Below are positions 35,756-46,212 of a stretch of 64,000 nucleotides of DNA, piece by piece. The DNA lies in NCBI RefSeq assembly GCF_963853765.1, contig NC_088855.1, positions 42,780,001-42,844,000 of the forward strand. The letters run 5' to 3'. Within the stretch, counting starts at the first letter, position 1. Each line of letters starts with the position of its first letter. A program made the translations under genes and the position numbers. The notes under the pieces are model-generated. The model was not told the DNA's origin. It did not search any database and was given only the letters and a program-made list of their open reading frames with translations. This stretch comes from Magallana gigas (Eukaryota).

Positions 35756-37084
35756 TAAATGAAGTATGCTGGCCAATCGAACTGACACATCGTGCTCAAA
35801 ATATTTTACAACCAATGTTGAAAGATTTTGAGGTATTTCCGATGAAGATTAAAAGTATTCTTTTTTTCGCATTAGAAGCGGAGGACAAATACCTTCGCAT
35901 GTAAGCGATACACTGGGTGGTACAGTCTTATATCTGACACCTCATTTTTTGTCTAGTTTTCTCAGTTTATTTTCCAGGTGTTTCAAATTACTCAAACTTC
36001 ACTCCGTTACCTGTTTCAGCGAAAACAGAGCGATAACAGGTTCATCTAGCAACACCGGTACACATTTATAAAAGTTTGCTATTTTAGTGCTAATGAGGGA
36101 GAAGAAAGGAAAGATAGACTTTTTAATGGGTTGCATGCCAGCAATTATCGTTTTACACTTACATTCAATTAGCAGTGATGCGCGCTGCGTAGAATTTCAG
36201 ATGTTTTCCGGGTTTTTTTGTATGTAAGTTTTAGACATGGGGAGAAACTGTCCTGTAGCAGTCCCCGCCTCTAATAGCTTCAGGAATGTTTCACAGAATT
36301 ATATTTTGTGTAAATGAATTAGAGAAGGTTATTTTTGGTATAAGAAAAATGCCCAGAAGAAAAAGAATGTGTTCCGAGGTGTTTCATCTATAACATTGCA
36401 CGTAGACGAGTCTTAATTAATTTGGTGGATACAAACCAACCTGTGAACTTTTATGCTGCATTTCAATAATTAAGACGGAAGAGAAAATGTGACATATACA
36501 TGTAGGTAAAAACAAGTTTTCGCTTTTATTTTGCCCTACACCAGCACGTTCGACGCATTTGCATCATGTGTATTAAACGACAAAAAGTCGGTTGCAGTGA
36601 TTATTACTTTCTGTTGACGAAAAATAAAAATTGTAAAATAGTAAATTTTTGTAGCTCCGCTTCCTTAAAAGCCTCTCAACATCAGAAATTAATAATTGAA
36701 TTTTTTTTCTCTTTAAAAATGAGGTATATACATGTACATGGACATGGTCATTAATATCGTTAAAAATGCATTAAATATTCCGTCGTATTTAATACAATGT
36801 TTTCTTTATTATTTCCAATATTATTCGTTAATAACATTTTTGTAAATTGTGTATATTTTATGAAAGTTATTGTAACAGTTTTCCATTCCTCAGCTTGCAA
36901 ATAAATAGTTTGATTTTTAATCGGAGAAACGAAACGCCAATACAATGTTAACGGGGTTCTTAATGTCATATCATTTCCATAATTCATGAGTTTGAATTTT
37001 GTATATCCATTATTCATTTTTGACAAGGTTGTAATACTTACCTGTACATAAGCCAGCAAGACTGTGGACAAGTAGAATTTTCAT
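29192..37084 (-). CDS. Secreted beta-lactamase/PBP-fold (serine hydrolase family) protein with five C-terminal ~50-aa tandem repeats (BTRD1/polyglycine-hydrolase-like), ~675 aa
   Basis: Exon 1 37084-37042 (MKILLVHSLAGLCT plus 1 nt, donor GTAAGT) joins in phase 1 to exon 2 31176-29192 (acceptor TTCCAG), giving signal peptide MKILLVHSLAGLCTAAVVP. SxxK = SLSK (31000-30989), plus AKGYG, ITVDHLLRHTGGWD and PLDFTPG..SNLGYSILGQIIE motifs. Five repeats at ~29980-29195, most ending in an aromatic-x-x-hydrophobic-hydrophobic motif (e.g. FLAVFRK, FSAVFVN, YAMFLEK). Confidence 0.85.
33234..33293. repeat. (AG)n microsatellite
   Basis: About 29 units. Confidence 0.98.
33775..34050. mobile_element. Truncated copy of palindromic family A (right arm plus tail)
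   Basis: GGTTTCCGAGGGGTGTCAAATTCAACTGTTACCCTTCCAAACAGGCACTATTTAT...AACCGTACGCGCAT...CCAATCAGATTTCAGTATTTAACATGAAAG matches the copies at 45150 and 53022. Confidence 0.85.
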
Positions 37085-39127
37085 TTTAACACATAATCCA
37101 CATGTAATAAACCAAAAATGAAAATTCGAACGATTTGTGAGAGAAAGTCGAGGTAATCCACAAGTTGTTGAATAGTTTTAAAGTTACACCATTATGTATT
37201 ATTTTCCCAACGTAACTAATTAAATTAAATCCAGCATATTGCGTCTAGAATCCGTGATCTCGCTCCTTCAGTAATTTTCACGCAGTGAGATATGATAATA
37301 TGCATACGAGTCACGTGGTCTTTGACGGAACTGAGACCCGACAACATTTACCATTCACAAAAGAGCTACATACCATACAAGAAACATTTAACAAACCATT
37401 GAACACTTCGACATTTGACTGAAAAAAAAATTAACTGGGGCATTTAAAGGTTGGGTAGAGGATATTTATCTGCTAGATGTGCGTTTACAATCTGCTGGCG
37501 CTGTAGACAAAACATTGCAAACTTAATCACTGTCGTTGAAAGGGCATCTGTTCTCTTGCACAAATAACTGCAATCCGTCTTATAACTAGTGTTATTTAGA
37601 ATAACATTTTAAAAGCAAGCATAGATGAAAGGATTTGCTAGTAAATATTTTGGTATATTAACCTTGAATAATGTCAAATGTGTGGTTTTATGGTGTTTTG
37701 GTCTTTATTTTGGTATTTCCAGTTTGTGAAAAAGCACTCTTGCATACAGCTGAAGGGTCATCAGTATGTTAAAAGGCACCCAGTAATACCCCAAAGTCGA
37801 CCATAGCCAGGCATTTCTATTTGGGTTCATGTTCTGTGCATAATGTGCACACCGACTCTCCGTTCAGCTCATTAACTCGGAGTAAAAAAGGACATCGAGG
37901 TTTGAGCTTGAAGTACACGGTAGCTTTGAGTGGATCAAATATCCCTCCCGCAGTTCATAAAGTAATGTATTATGAAGCCGACTCAGAGATATCTGACATA
38001 CCGGAGAGCCACCCGTAGGACTGCATATCACCTGTCCACATTGATATTCCTCTTGTATTTTTTCATCCAGACAAAAGTTTGTGATCACTCACGGCCTTTT
38101 CCTAAGGATTTTTGTTCCCCTAACTGTAGTAAATATTCTTTTAAAGAACTCCGATGATGTTATTTAGGTTCTTGTGATCTTTTAACATATTGAAATTGGT
38201 ATAAGATATTATATAATGGTGGAAGAGAATTGGATGCGTTTTTATACGTATACGTAATTATAACGCAAAAGTGCTAGTCTGCAGGGGGTTGTAATTTAAG
38301 GAAGGCGTGACGGATTACAGCGTAGCTAGAATGGTTTGGGTAGAGACCTAAGGTTTCACAGTTTGTCTCAATATCACAAGTTAATAAACGCTGTAAATGG
38401 CGTAAGGTTATCATTACATACAGACGATTAGGGTATCGGGTGAATTAGGTAGAACTGTAACTAGCACTCCACCCAACTGCTCTATTTAGGTCGACACACA
38501 GGCACACAGACAAAGGAACACATTATAAATGAGAAGGGGTCTGTATGCGTCTCACTCAACTTGGTTCTATTTGATAGTTTGTGTAATTGCTCATTTTTAA
38601 TAGATTCTCATTTTTTTTTCAATCTTTGAAATCTTGTTAAATGCCGTGTCGACCTGTGTAAAGTTTAACACACTGGAAACCTTTTCTTTTTTTAAAGGAA
38701 AGCATTTCAGAAATTTAAATTGTCAACTGAATGCTTTTGATCAAGTAACGGTGTTATAGGGTTAAATAGAATATGTGCCTGTCTCTTGACGGATAACTTT
38801 TAAAAAAAAGAATCGGTTTTCAATCGGAAAAATAATTAAAAGGAGGAAAGGTATTTCTTAAACATAACAAAGGTGTAAAAATGACTACATCAATTGAAAT
38901 ATGGATGTAATAAACAAAAATTCTCTCATTTCGATGATAACCCCCCCCCCCCCTTGCAAAAAATAAAATAAAAATAACAACAAACCACAACCAATTTATA
39001 ATGTGAGAACTTTCATATCAAGACATTTAATCAAATTGCTTCTATTTATTTTACAAAATTACAGAAAACAAGGTTCTATTGTTTTTTCATGCTGATATTT
39101 TTGTTTTTCCAGACACCAAATATATCG

Positions 39128-41452
39128 ATGGGCAGGAATAAACAGAAAGACAAACAGAAAGGGTCGGGAAAGGGTAAAAAGGAGTCTGCTGTATTCAAAG
39201 TGGCCGGAGTGAGGAAACCCAAGATCAAGTCAGTCAACACCAACCTCAAAAAGGTGAGGGCTGTGTCTGTTGTATATAATTGAAAGGCAGAAGTTAGAAT
39301 TTGACATAAATAGCTTCAGAGCGAAGTTATTTTGCTTGGACTATGTACATCATAAAGAGAAATTTTCACTCTTGTCTTCTGTTATTTGAATGATTGAAAG
39401 TTTTAATTTGTGTCATTTATTAATAGAATATTTCTTTCATGTGGAGTTTGATTTTTTTTGTGTTTGATTGGGTGTTAGAAATGTCACGTCTTTAACATAT
39501 AGAGATTCATACGTAATTAATTGGACTGGAGTTATCGTGTCTCGGGGCGTTTAGAGACGATGTATGGCTGCCGTGCTTTTATCAATATTCGTTGAACACC
39601 AATTTTTGCGGATTTTGTTGCCGAGCTGTTTCACGAAATCGACTGTTCTTCAAAGTATGAAACTTTGTATCATATATGAATACGACTATTGTCCACGAAT
39701 TAACATATCCTCGAAATTTGATGCCCTCGAATATTGAGAAAACCACAGTACATGTATTTGATTGGCTAACACTAGTATAAATGGCAGATGGATTACGTCA
39801 TTGTCGTTCAGAGAAAATTGGTAGCTACATATTTGATTGGTTGTAGTGTATGGTAAAAGTTTACTCTTTCTCTCTCTCTGTAGAGATGTATGTTGCATTT
39901 CACTGGCTGGGTGGTGAAAATTTTTCATCTCGATTTATGGCTATTTTGTTGGTTGGAATTACACATAATCCAGCGGGAATATACACCTTAATAGAAAAAT
40001 AGTTCTAGCGAACTATTCAACCTTTTACCTTTTACATTTTTTTTTTCAGTTGAACTTTAAAAATAAACAGAAGACAGAGGATTCGAACAAAGTCTTTAAT
40101 TCTGTGCAAGAATCCATTACAGAAACAACAAAATTGACCAAAAAGAGACCTATTTCCAAGGTAAAAAAGACATCCAAGGCCACAACAATATAATTTTTTG
40201 TTCGTCGGATATCCAATGAAAAAAGTTCGAGTAGGCGAGCGATTAAATAGTAGAACTAGTTTTTATTGTAGGAAATTTTTTAAGACAGTACATCAATAAA
40301 TTTGTGCGGACGGTTATATTTTTTCTACTCGTTTCAGATTTATAAATTAAAACTATTCCAAATACGAAAAATAGAGCGGAAAGAACAGAAAATAAAAACA
40401 GCACAGAATTTACTGGATGCGGGAAATTATTAATATTGTTTGTACAGTTTTATTATAATACGAGCGCGCAGGGTCCGAGAACGAACAAGAAATTATATTG
40501 GTGTGGCCAAATGTGTTCATTGGTATTAAAGTTTATTTGAGAAACAGTAAGAGAAAATTGTATAATTTCTCGAGCCGTTTTTCTGAATTGGGAATGCAAC
40601 ATGTCCTTTTATATATTTGATTCATTGCCACTATTTAGCAGTTCATATCTATATAAAAGACTGAAATAGCTTAAAATATAGAATAATTTAGTCTACAAGA
40701 CAGTGTGTGTATGCTATAAACTTGACCCCATTTGATTATTTTCCAATTTATATCATTCATTGAGAATTATGTTTAGATCCAAAATACTCTTTAAGAAGGT
40801 GGGGGGGGGGGTATCGTTGATAACATTCTATATTAAAATTTTACAGATCTGAAGCTTCACTCTTTCCACCCCCCCCCCCCCCCCCCCACCTTCTCTCCAA
40901 GAACATCATTATAGCTTCATAATACAATGGGGTTTTAAGGATGCTGAGCGGTCAACAAATTAACCATCTGCCTTAAACTTTGACATATTATATTTTTGGC
41001 TATAAACTATTATTTAGTAAAATAAAATCAAAATATTTGATCTTTGAAATTTGAGAATTTTACTAATCTTTATACAGAGCTCTTTATCTGATGAAGATAA
41101 AAATAGCCTAAAAATGGCCATGACCATCCTGCCGTTTTAATAACGCACCAGTAATCGCTTACAGTTGTAAAATTATGAGCATCAAGGAATCATTATAATT
41201 ATGTGTTGATCTTTGGCATATTATACATTTTGGCCATAGTTTGTTGAAATGTCTCATTCCAACATGCTCTATTTGGTATAGGTATATAAACGTTGCATTC
41301 TTATTTTGATTATCTGTGATTATCTGATCTAAATATCAATCAACTTTTACTCTAATAATTGTATCTATTTACTCTATCATCTTCAGTCATCTACTGCAAA
41401 GAAACCTTTACCAGATATGGATGAAGCAGCTAAACAATTTGCTCAACTTTAG
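39128..41452 (+). CDS. RBIS: Ribosomal biogenesis factor (C8orf59 homologue), 100 aa, 3 coding exons
   Basis: Exons 39128-39253, 40050-40160, 41387-41452, all phase 0. MGRNKQKDKQKGSGKGKKESAVFKVAGVRKPKIKSVNTNLKK|LNFKNKQKTEDSNKVFNSVQESI...|SSTAKKPLPDMDEAAKQFAQL* parallels human RBIS (VFHIA...VTTNLKKIN...VNKAFVNVQKEL...VDEATRLMALL). An acceptor at 39111-39112 implies an upstream non-coding exon. Confidence 0.85.
39570..39750. mobile_element. Uninterrupted, diverged copy of the CCACAGTA-ended MITE in RBIS intron
   Basis: AATATTCGTTGAACACCAATTTTTGCGGATTTTGTTG...CACGAAA...GAATATTGAGAAAACCACAGTA aligns with both halves of 1026-1813. Confidence 0.7.
40177..40508. mobile_element. MITE with AGGCCAC TIRs, copy 2, 16 nt downstream of an RBIS donor site
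   Basis: Colinear with 21525-21867; right end GAACAAGAAATTATATTGGTGTGGCC. Confidence 0.8.
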
Positions 41453-42351
41453 AGCTCTGCTCTCTGGAAAGGGACATAACTCAGATGGATGAATCATATC
41501 AAATGTGAAGATAGAAAACATATTTTAAGATATGGTGGAATGTCACATTTTATATTAAAGAGAACTGTGTACAGACATGTGAAATAACAATATTTAATAA
41601 TTGCTATGAAAATCATAAATATATTGTACAGTATTTTTTACAGCAATTAAATTTGTTTTGAGTTTCTTTTTTTATTGTTATTATTTAATATTTGCTTAAA
41701 ACTTAAATAAAACATTCTTTTGAACAACTATAACATAGATATACTAAAACAAGAATTAAAATAATGTACCGGTATTTGATTTCTTACAATCATACTTACA
41801 ATCAAGCAATTGGTAATCTTATATTAATTTCATTGCTTACATTAAAATTCTTCAATTTTCACTGTTGAGCAGGTATGTACATGTAAATGTATCACAAAAT
41901 ATACATTTAGCAGGCTTTGGTAAATATGCTTACAATACAACAAAAGTATCAATGAATATACATGTATTTAAGTAAACAAAACACAATGTAAATATGAAAA
42001 AAGAAAATAGGGATTTACAATCTTAATTTAAAAAAAATAGATTTTTTAAAAATAAAAGAAAATTGGATATGTAGAAAATGGACAGAAAATGGATTTCTTG
42101 AAAATCATGACAATTTTTACATATACGTGGTGGTCACAATCACAATAAATTAGGATGATATATGTAATTCTGTTTTCATCAGTTCAAAATATATTAAATG
42201 AAATCAGTTCAAAATATAAATACATTACAAATTAAAGGATTGTAAAATGTTATACTAGAATATATAAATTGTAAATACCGGTAAATGGAAAATTTGTAAA
42301 GAAATGACATTGAAGTGGGATTACTTCTTTGGTATAGGTTGTATATCAAAA

Positions 42352-43446
42352 TCACATTGGGATCCATTGAGGAAAATAATAATCTTCAGCATTGAACAAT
42401 TTTGCTAGCTGAGAATTGGGTGTGGGGAAACCTTTGTAGTAGATAGTTTTACCATTGATGAGCCAGGCGGTCCACCAGCCATAACTCCCCACAGTCACCA
42501 CCGTGTGGTTACAGTTGGTCAGGATGGCAATGTCCATTTCTGGGCTGTTGCCCGGGGGAATAAATACGACGTCCTCATCCTTCATATTCTCCTTGCACCA
42601 CTTCAGGTCATCTGAGCCAACCACAAAGAGAACATCTTTAAAGTCTTTCCGGAATGTGTTCATAGCTTTCGAGATGTAACTCATGTCGGCAGTGGTGTAT
42701 CCGTACTTTACATAGTTTAGATTGTTTTTCATGTCTCCTCTTCTGACGTGAACTGCCACGTAAACTGTGTTTGTGGTGATTTTGTTTTTCTTGGATGCAA
42801 TAACTGCCTGGAATGTTGATCTTGCTTTCTGAGAAATGGAGTCTTGAAAAGTGTACATTTTCCTGATTTCTGAATCAGCCTGATGAATATATTTCCAACT
42901 CTGCAAATAACCTTTAATCCAAACGTTTTCGGATTCCCTCAACGCCATCAATGGTGGTTCAAATACACATCCTTTTTTCTCGTGGTATCTTTTCGTATAT
43001 TTGATCTCTGGCCTAGTGGGACCAACAGTAATTTTAAAAATTCTGCGAAGAATTGAATTGGCAGGTATAACTGGTATCAAATTATTATGCTTGGCAATCC
43101 CATACAGGGATGCAAACTCAAACAGCTGATTTCCGAGGCGTCCTTCAAAATTTACAGTAGCATAGTGTGTTGGAGGCTTCAAAGTGGTGATGAGCTTAGA
43201 AATATTTTTTCTTTCTTCATTAGGTGAGTTTTTTTGTTCTACGGCATATTTTTTATCAGAAGTTTGTTGTGGCTTTAAAAAAGTTGTAAAAACTTTGCCA
43301 GAAGTGAAGGAGGATAGGGAGAAGAATTCCACCAAGACGAAGCCAGCTCCAAGGATGAAAACAAGGCAAAGACACAGTGTAAATTTCCGTAGAAAACCTG
43401 AAGAAGAAATAAAATTGTAAGTTTTATATCCATGTAATGCGCTCAT
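42352..43446 (-). CDS. Galactoside alpha-1,2-fucosyltransferase (GT11, FUT1/FUT2-like), 364 aa, single coding exon
   Basis: Type II membrane topology (FTLCLCLVFILGAGFVLVEFF). GT11 motifs GRLGNQLFEFASLYGIA, GYLQSWKY, VAVHVRRGD, FVVGSDD and DIAILTNCNHTVVTVGSYGWWTAWL. AG directly before the ATG suggests an upstream non-coding exon. FUT1 versus FUT2 orthology cannot be assigned. Confidence 0.93.
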   Translation of the reverse strand: MSALHGYKTYNFISSSGFLRKFTLCLCLVFILGAGFVLVEFFSLSSFTSGKVFTTFLKPQQTSDKKYAVEQKNSPNEERKNISKLITTLKPPTHYATVNFEGRLGNQLFEFASLYGIAKHNNLIPVIPANSILRRIFKITVGPTRPEIKYTKRYHEKKGCVFEPPLMALRESENVWIKGYLQSWKYIHQADSEIRKMYTFQDSISQKARSTFQAVIASKKNKITTNTVYVAVHVRRGDMKNNLNYVKYGYTTADMSYISKAMNTFRKDFKDVLFVVGSDDLKWCKENMKDEDVVFIPPGNSPEMDIAILTNCNHTVVTVGSYGWWTAWLINGKTIYYKGFPTPNSQLAKLFNAEDYYFPQWIPM

Positions 43447-43540
43447 CTACACTAATGGCAGTTAAAGAGTTTGGAATTAACAACAACAAAAATATCTTCT
43501 ACAGTACATCATGTTGTCATAAAATGGTAATATTTTATAT

Positions 43541-43688
43541 AGCATTGAATCATGATTTTTTGAAGTATAACTGCAACGGTGTGTGCATACAAATGGAGTA
43601 AAGCGCATTAGCGCATTATGAAAATTTGTATGCAAGCATCGCTGCAGTTATGAGACTGTATACTTAAAAAAATCATGATTTAATGCTT
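43541..43688. repeat. Imperfect long palindrome (family D)
   Basis: AGCATTGAATCATGATTTTTTGAAGTATAACTGCA...TGCATACAAAT / ATTTGTATGCA...TGCAGTTAT...TATACTTAAAAAAATCATGATTTAATGCT, centred on GCGCATTAGCGC. Confidence 0.7.
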
Positions 43689-43974
43689 ATATTTACATTA
43701 TTTTAACTTCATGCCTTGTCTGAAAATGTGATTTATACCTTAAAATCCCTATCTTATCCTAAGGGTAAGTTCATATGAATGGAAGAGCCACAGTAACAGC
43801 CGCAAGCGTGAACTTTGATTTTCGCTTGTGACGTTGCAGTTAACAGCGTTCAATGTTTGTGACGTCATAATAAAACTCGTCATTTTAACCTTTGAGTACC
43901 CTGTGTGCATTACAGTGTTATAACTGCCATAGCTTTCAACACACTTTACAAGCAAAAAATATGTGGAATGTAAA

Positions 43975-45590
43975 TACATAAGGAATAAGGAATCATTCTT
44001 TGAGTATAATGAGGTGATAATTTTGGTTGGGGCATGATCAAATCCAATAAAGCCCGAAGGGCTTTATCATAGATTTGATCACGCCCGACCGAAATTATCA
44101 CCTCATAATATTCAAAGAATGATTCCTTATTACTTATATTTATATAATCTTAGGCCATCGTACGATTAAATATTTAAATATAAATAAACAAACTCCGCTG
44201 GCGCCTCGATTTGACGTCGTTTGTATTATGAGATATATAGTACAAAATCGATACGTAGTGTTATCACAGGCAAAGACACTGGATAATGTAAATATAAAGG
44301 AATAAGGAATCATTCTTTGAGTATTATGAGGTGATAATTTTGGTCGGGACGTGATCAAATCCAATAAAGCCCGAAGTGCCTTGATCGAAATTATCACCTC
44401 ATTATATTTAAAGAATGATTCCTTATTACTTATATTTATACATTTTTAAGCCATTGTTCAAATAAATATTTCAATGGAAATAAGCATACCCTGCTGGCGC
44501 CCCAATTATATACCATTTGAAGTTATCGGTTATATAGTAGAAAATTGATATTTAGTGTTATCACAGGCAAAGACACACGAAAATATCAGTATTTAAGGAA
44601 TAAGGAATCTTTCTTTGAGTATTATGAGGTGATAATTTCAGTTGTGGTGTGATCAAATCCAATAAAACCCGAAGGGCTTTATGATAGATTTGATCATGTT
44701 CCGACCGAAATTATCATCTCATAAAATTCAAAGAATGATTCCTTATTACTTACATTTATATAATTTAAGCCATCGTACAATTAAATATTTAAATAAGGAA
44801 TAAGGAATCATTCTTTGAGTATTATGAGGTGATAATTTTGGTCGGGGCGTGATCAAATCCAATAAAGCCCGAAGGGCTTTATGATAGATTTGATCACGCA
44901 CCGACCGAAATTATCACCTCATAATATTCAAAGAATAATTCCTTATTACTTATATTTATATAATTTTAAGCCATCGTACATTTAAATATAAATAAGCAAA
45001 CCCCGCTTGCGCCTCAATTTAGCGCCATTTGTATTATGGGTTATATAGTACAAAATCGAATCGTAGTGTTATCAAAGGCAAAGACATTGGAAAATGTAAA
45101 TATATATAAATAAGCAAACCCTGCTGGAGCCTCAATTTTGCGGCATTATATAAATAGTGCCTGTTTGGGAGGGTAACAGTTGAAATTGACACCCCGAGAA
45201 AACCATTGTCAACCGACGCGAAGCGGAGGTTGAAAATGGTTTTCGAGGGGTGTCAATTTCAACTGTTATCCTCCCAAACAGGCACTATTTATTTTGTTAT
45301 ACTGAATGTCTTAATTTTTAAGAAAATGTTACTGCTTTTATATAGGAATAACGTGAATTCTACAGCGAACCGTACGCGCATTATTTTCGCGCATGTAACA
45401 ATTTTTAATGTTACCCGTTGCTAAGTGCGTTGCTAATGCTGAGGGTAATAGAAGAGATTATGAACTGCGTCTTAACCAATCAGATTTCAGTATTTAACAT
45501 GAAAGTTTAACAATAGAAGTTATGGGTTATATAGTACAAAATCATTACGTAGTGTTATCACAGGCATAGGCACTGGAAATGTAAATACCG
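43975..45590. mobile_element. Head-to-tail array of palindromic family B elements (4 hairpin units plus partial tails)
   Basis: Units start near 43980, 44297, 44596 and 44795. Each has ~65-bp arms (AATAAGGAATCATTCTTTGAGTATTATGAGGTGATAATT...GATCAAATC) around AAAGCCCGAAGGGCTTT or a variant, usually followed by a tail ending GGCAAAGACACTGG. Confidence 0.9.
45150..45513. mobile_element. Palindromic family A element nested in the family B array
   Basis: ~65-bp arms ATAAATAGTGCCTGTTTGGGAGGGTAACAGTTGAAATTGACACCCCGAGAAAACCATTGTCAACC around GACGCGAAGCGGA (GCGAAGC at 45218-45224), plus ~220-bp tail. Family B sequence resumes afterwards. Confidence 0.9.
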
Positions 45591-45661
45591 GTATTATGTG
45601 CCAATTTACTTTTAGGCCCAAGTCTTGAAATCTTTAGCATACAATGTAATATCACAAAATA

Positions 45662-45687
45662 TGTGTGTGTGTGTGTGTGTGTGTGTG
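45662..45687. repeat. (TG)n microsatellite
   Basis: 13 units. Confidence 0.95.
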
Positions 45688-45714
45688 CTTAAATGCAATA
45701 CTATTAGGTCTTAA

Positions 45715-46212
45715 AGGGGCATGGTCACAATTTTGGTAAAATTCTATTTTTGTTTTTATTATTCACAATACTTTAGAAGTGCATTTCTAATGATCAAATA
45801 AAATTTGAGAGTCATTTGTCGAGTTATACCGTAAGCAAGATACAGAGCTCACAATTCTTTGTCATGTTAACAAGGCTCGTGCCCTGTTTTTGTTTACATA
45901 GGTTCAATATACTTATTTTTTTTTTGTTAAACTTTTTTGTCTATCTTTTTATTTATTTTAAGCATAGATAAACTGTTCCTAACGTTTAAGACATTCCTTT
46001 TAGGTTTAAAACTGAAACTTTTACTTCAACGTTCAAAATGTAAACAAACGCTTTGTTTACATAGCGAGGAATTTCAAGCTCTGGCACTCGCTTATAACTC
46101 AACAAATGACAATCAAATTTCGGTTGCCTATTAAAAATGCCTTTCTGAAGCATCGTAAATACAGATTAAAATCAGAAAAATTATTTTTGACCAAAATCGT
46201 GACCATGCCCCT
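45715..46212. mobile_element. TTAA-targeting MITE (Kolobok-like), copy 2, intact
   Basis: TTAA|AGGGGCATGGTCACAATTTTGG ... CCAAAATCGTGACCATGCCCCT|TTAA, 498 bp. Confidence 0.9.
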
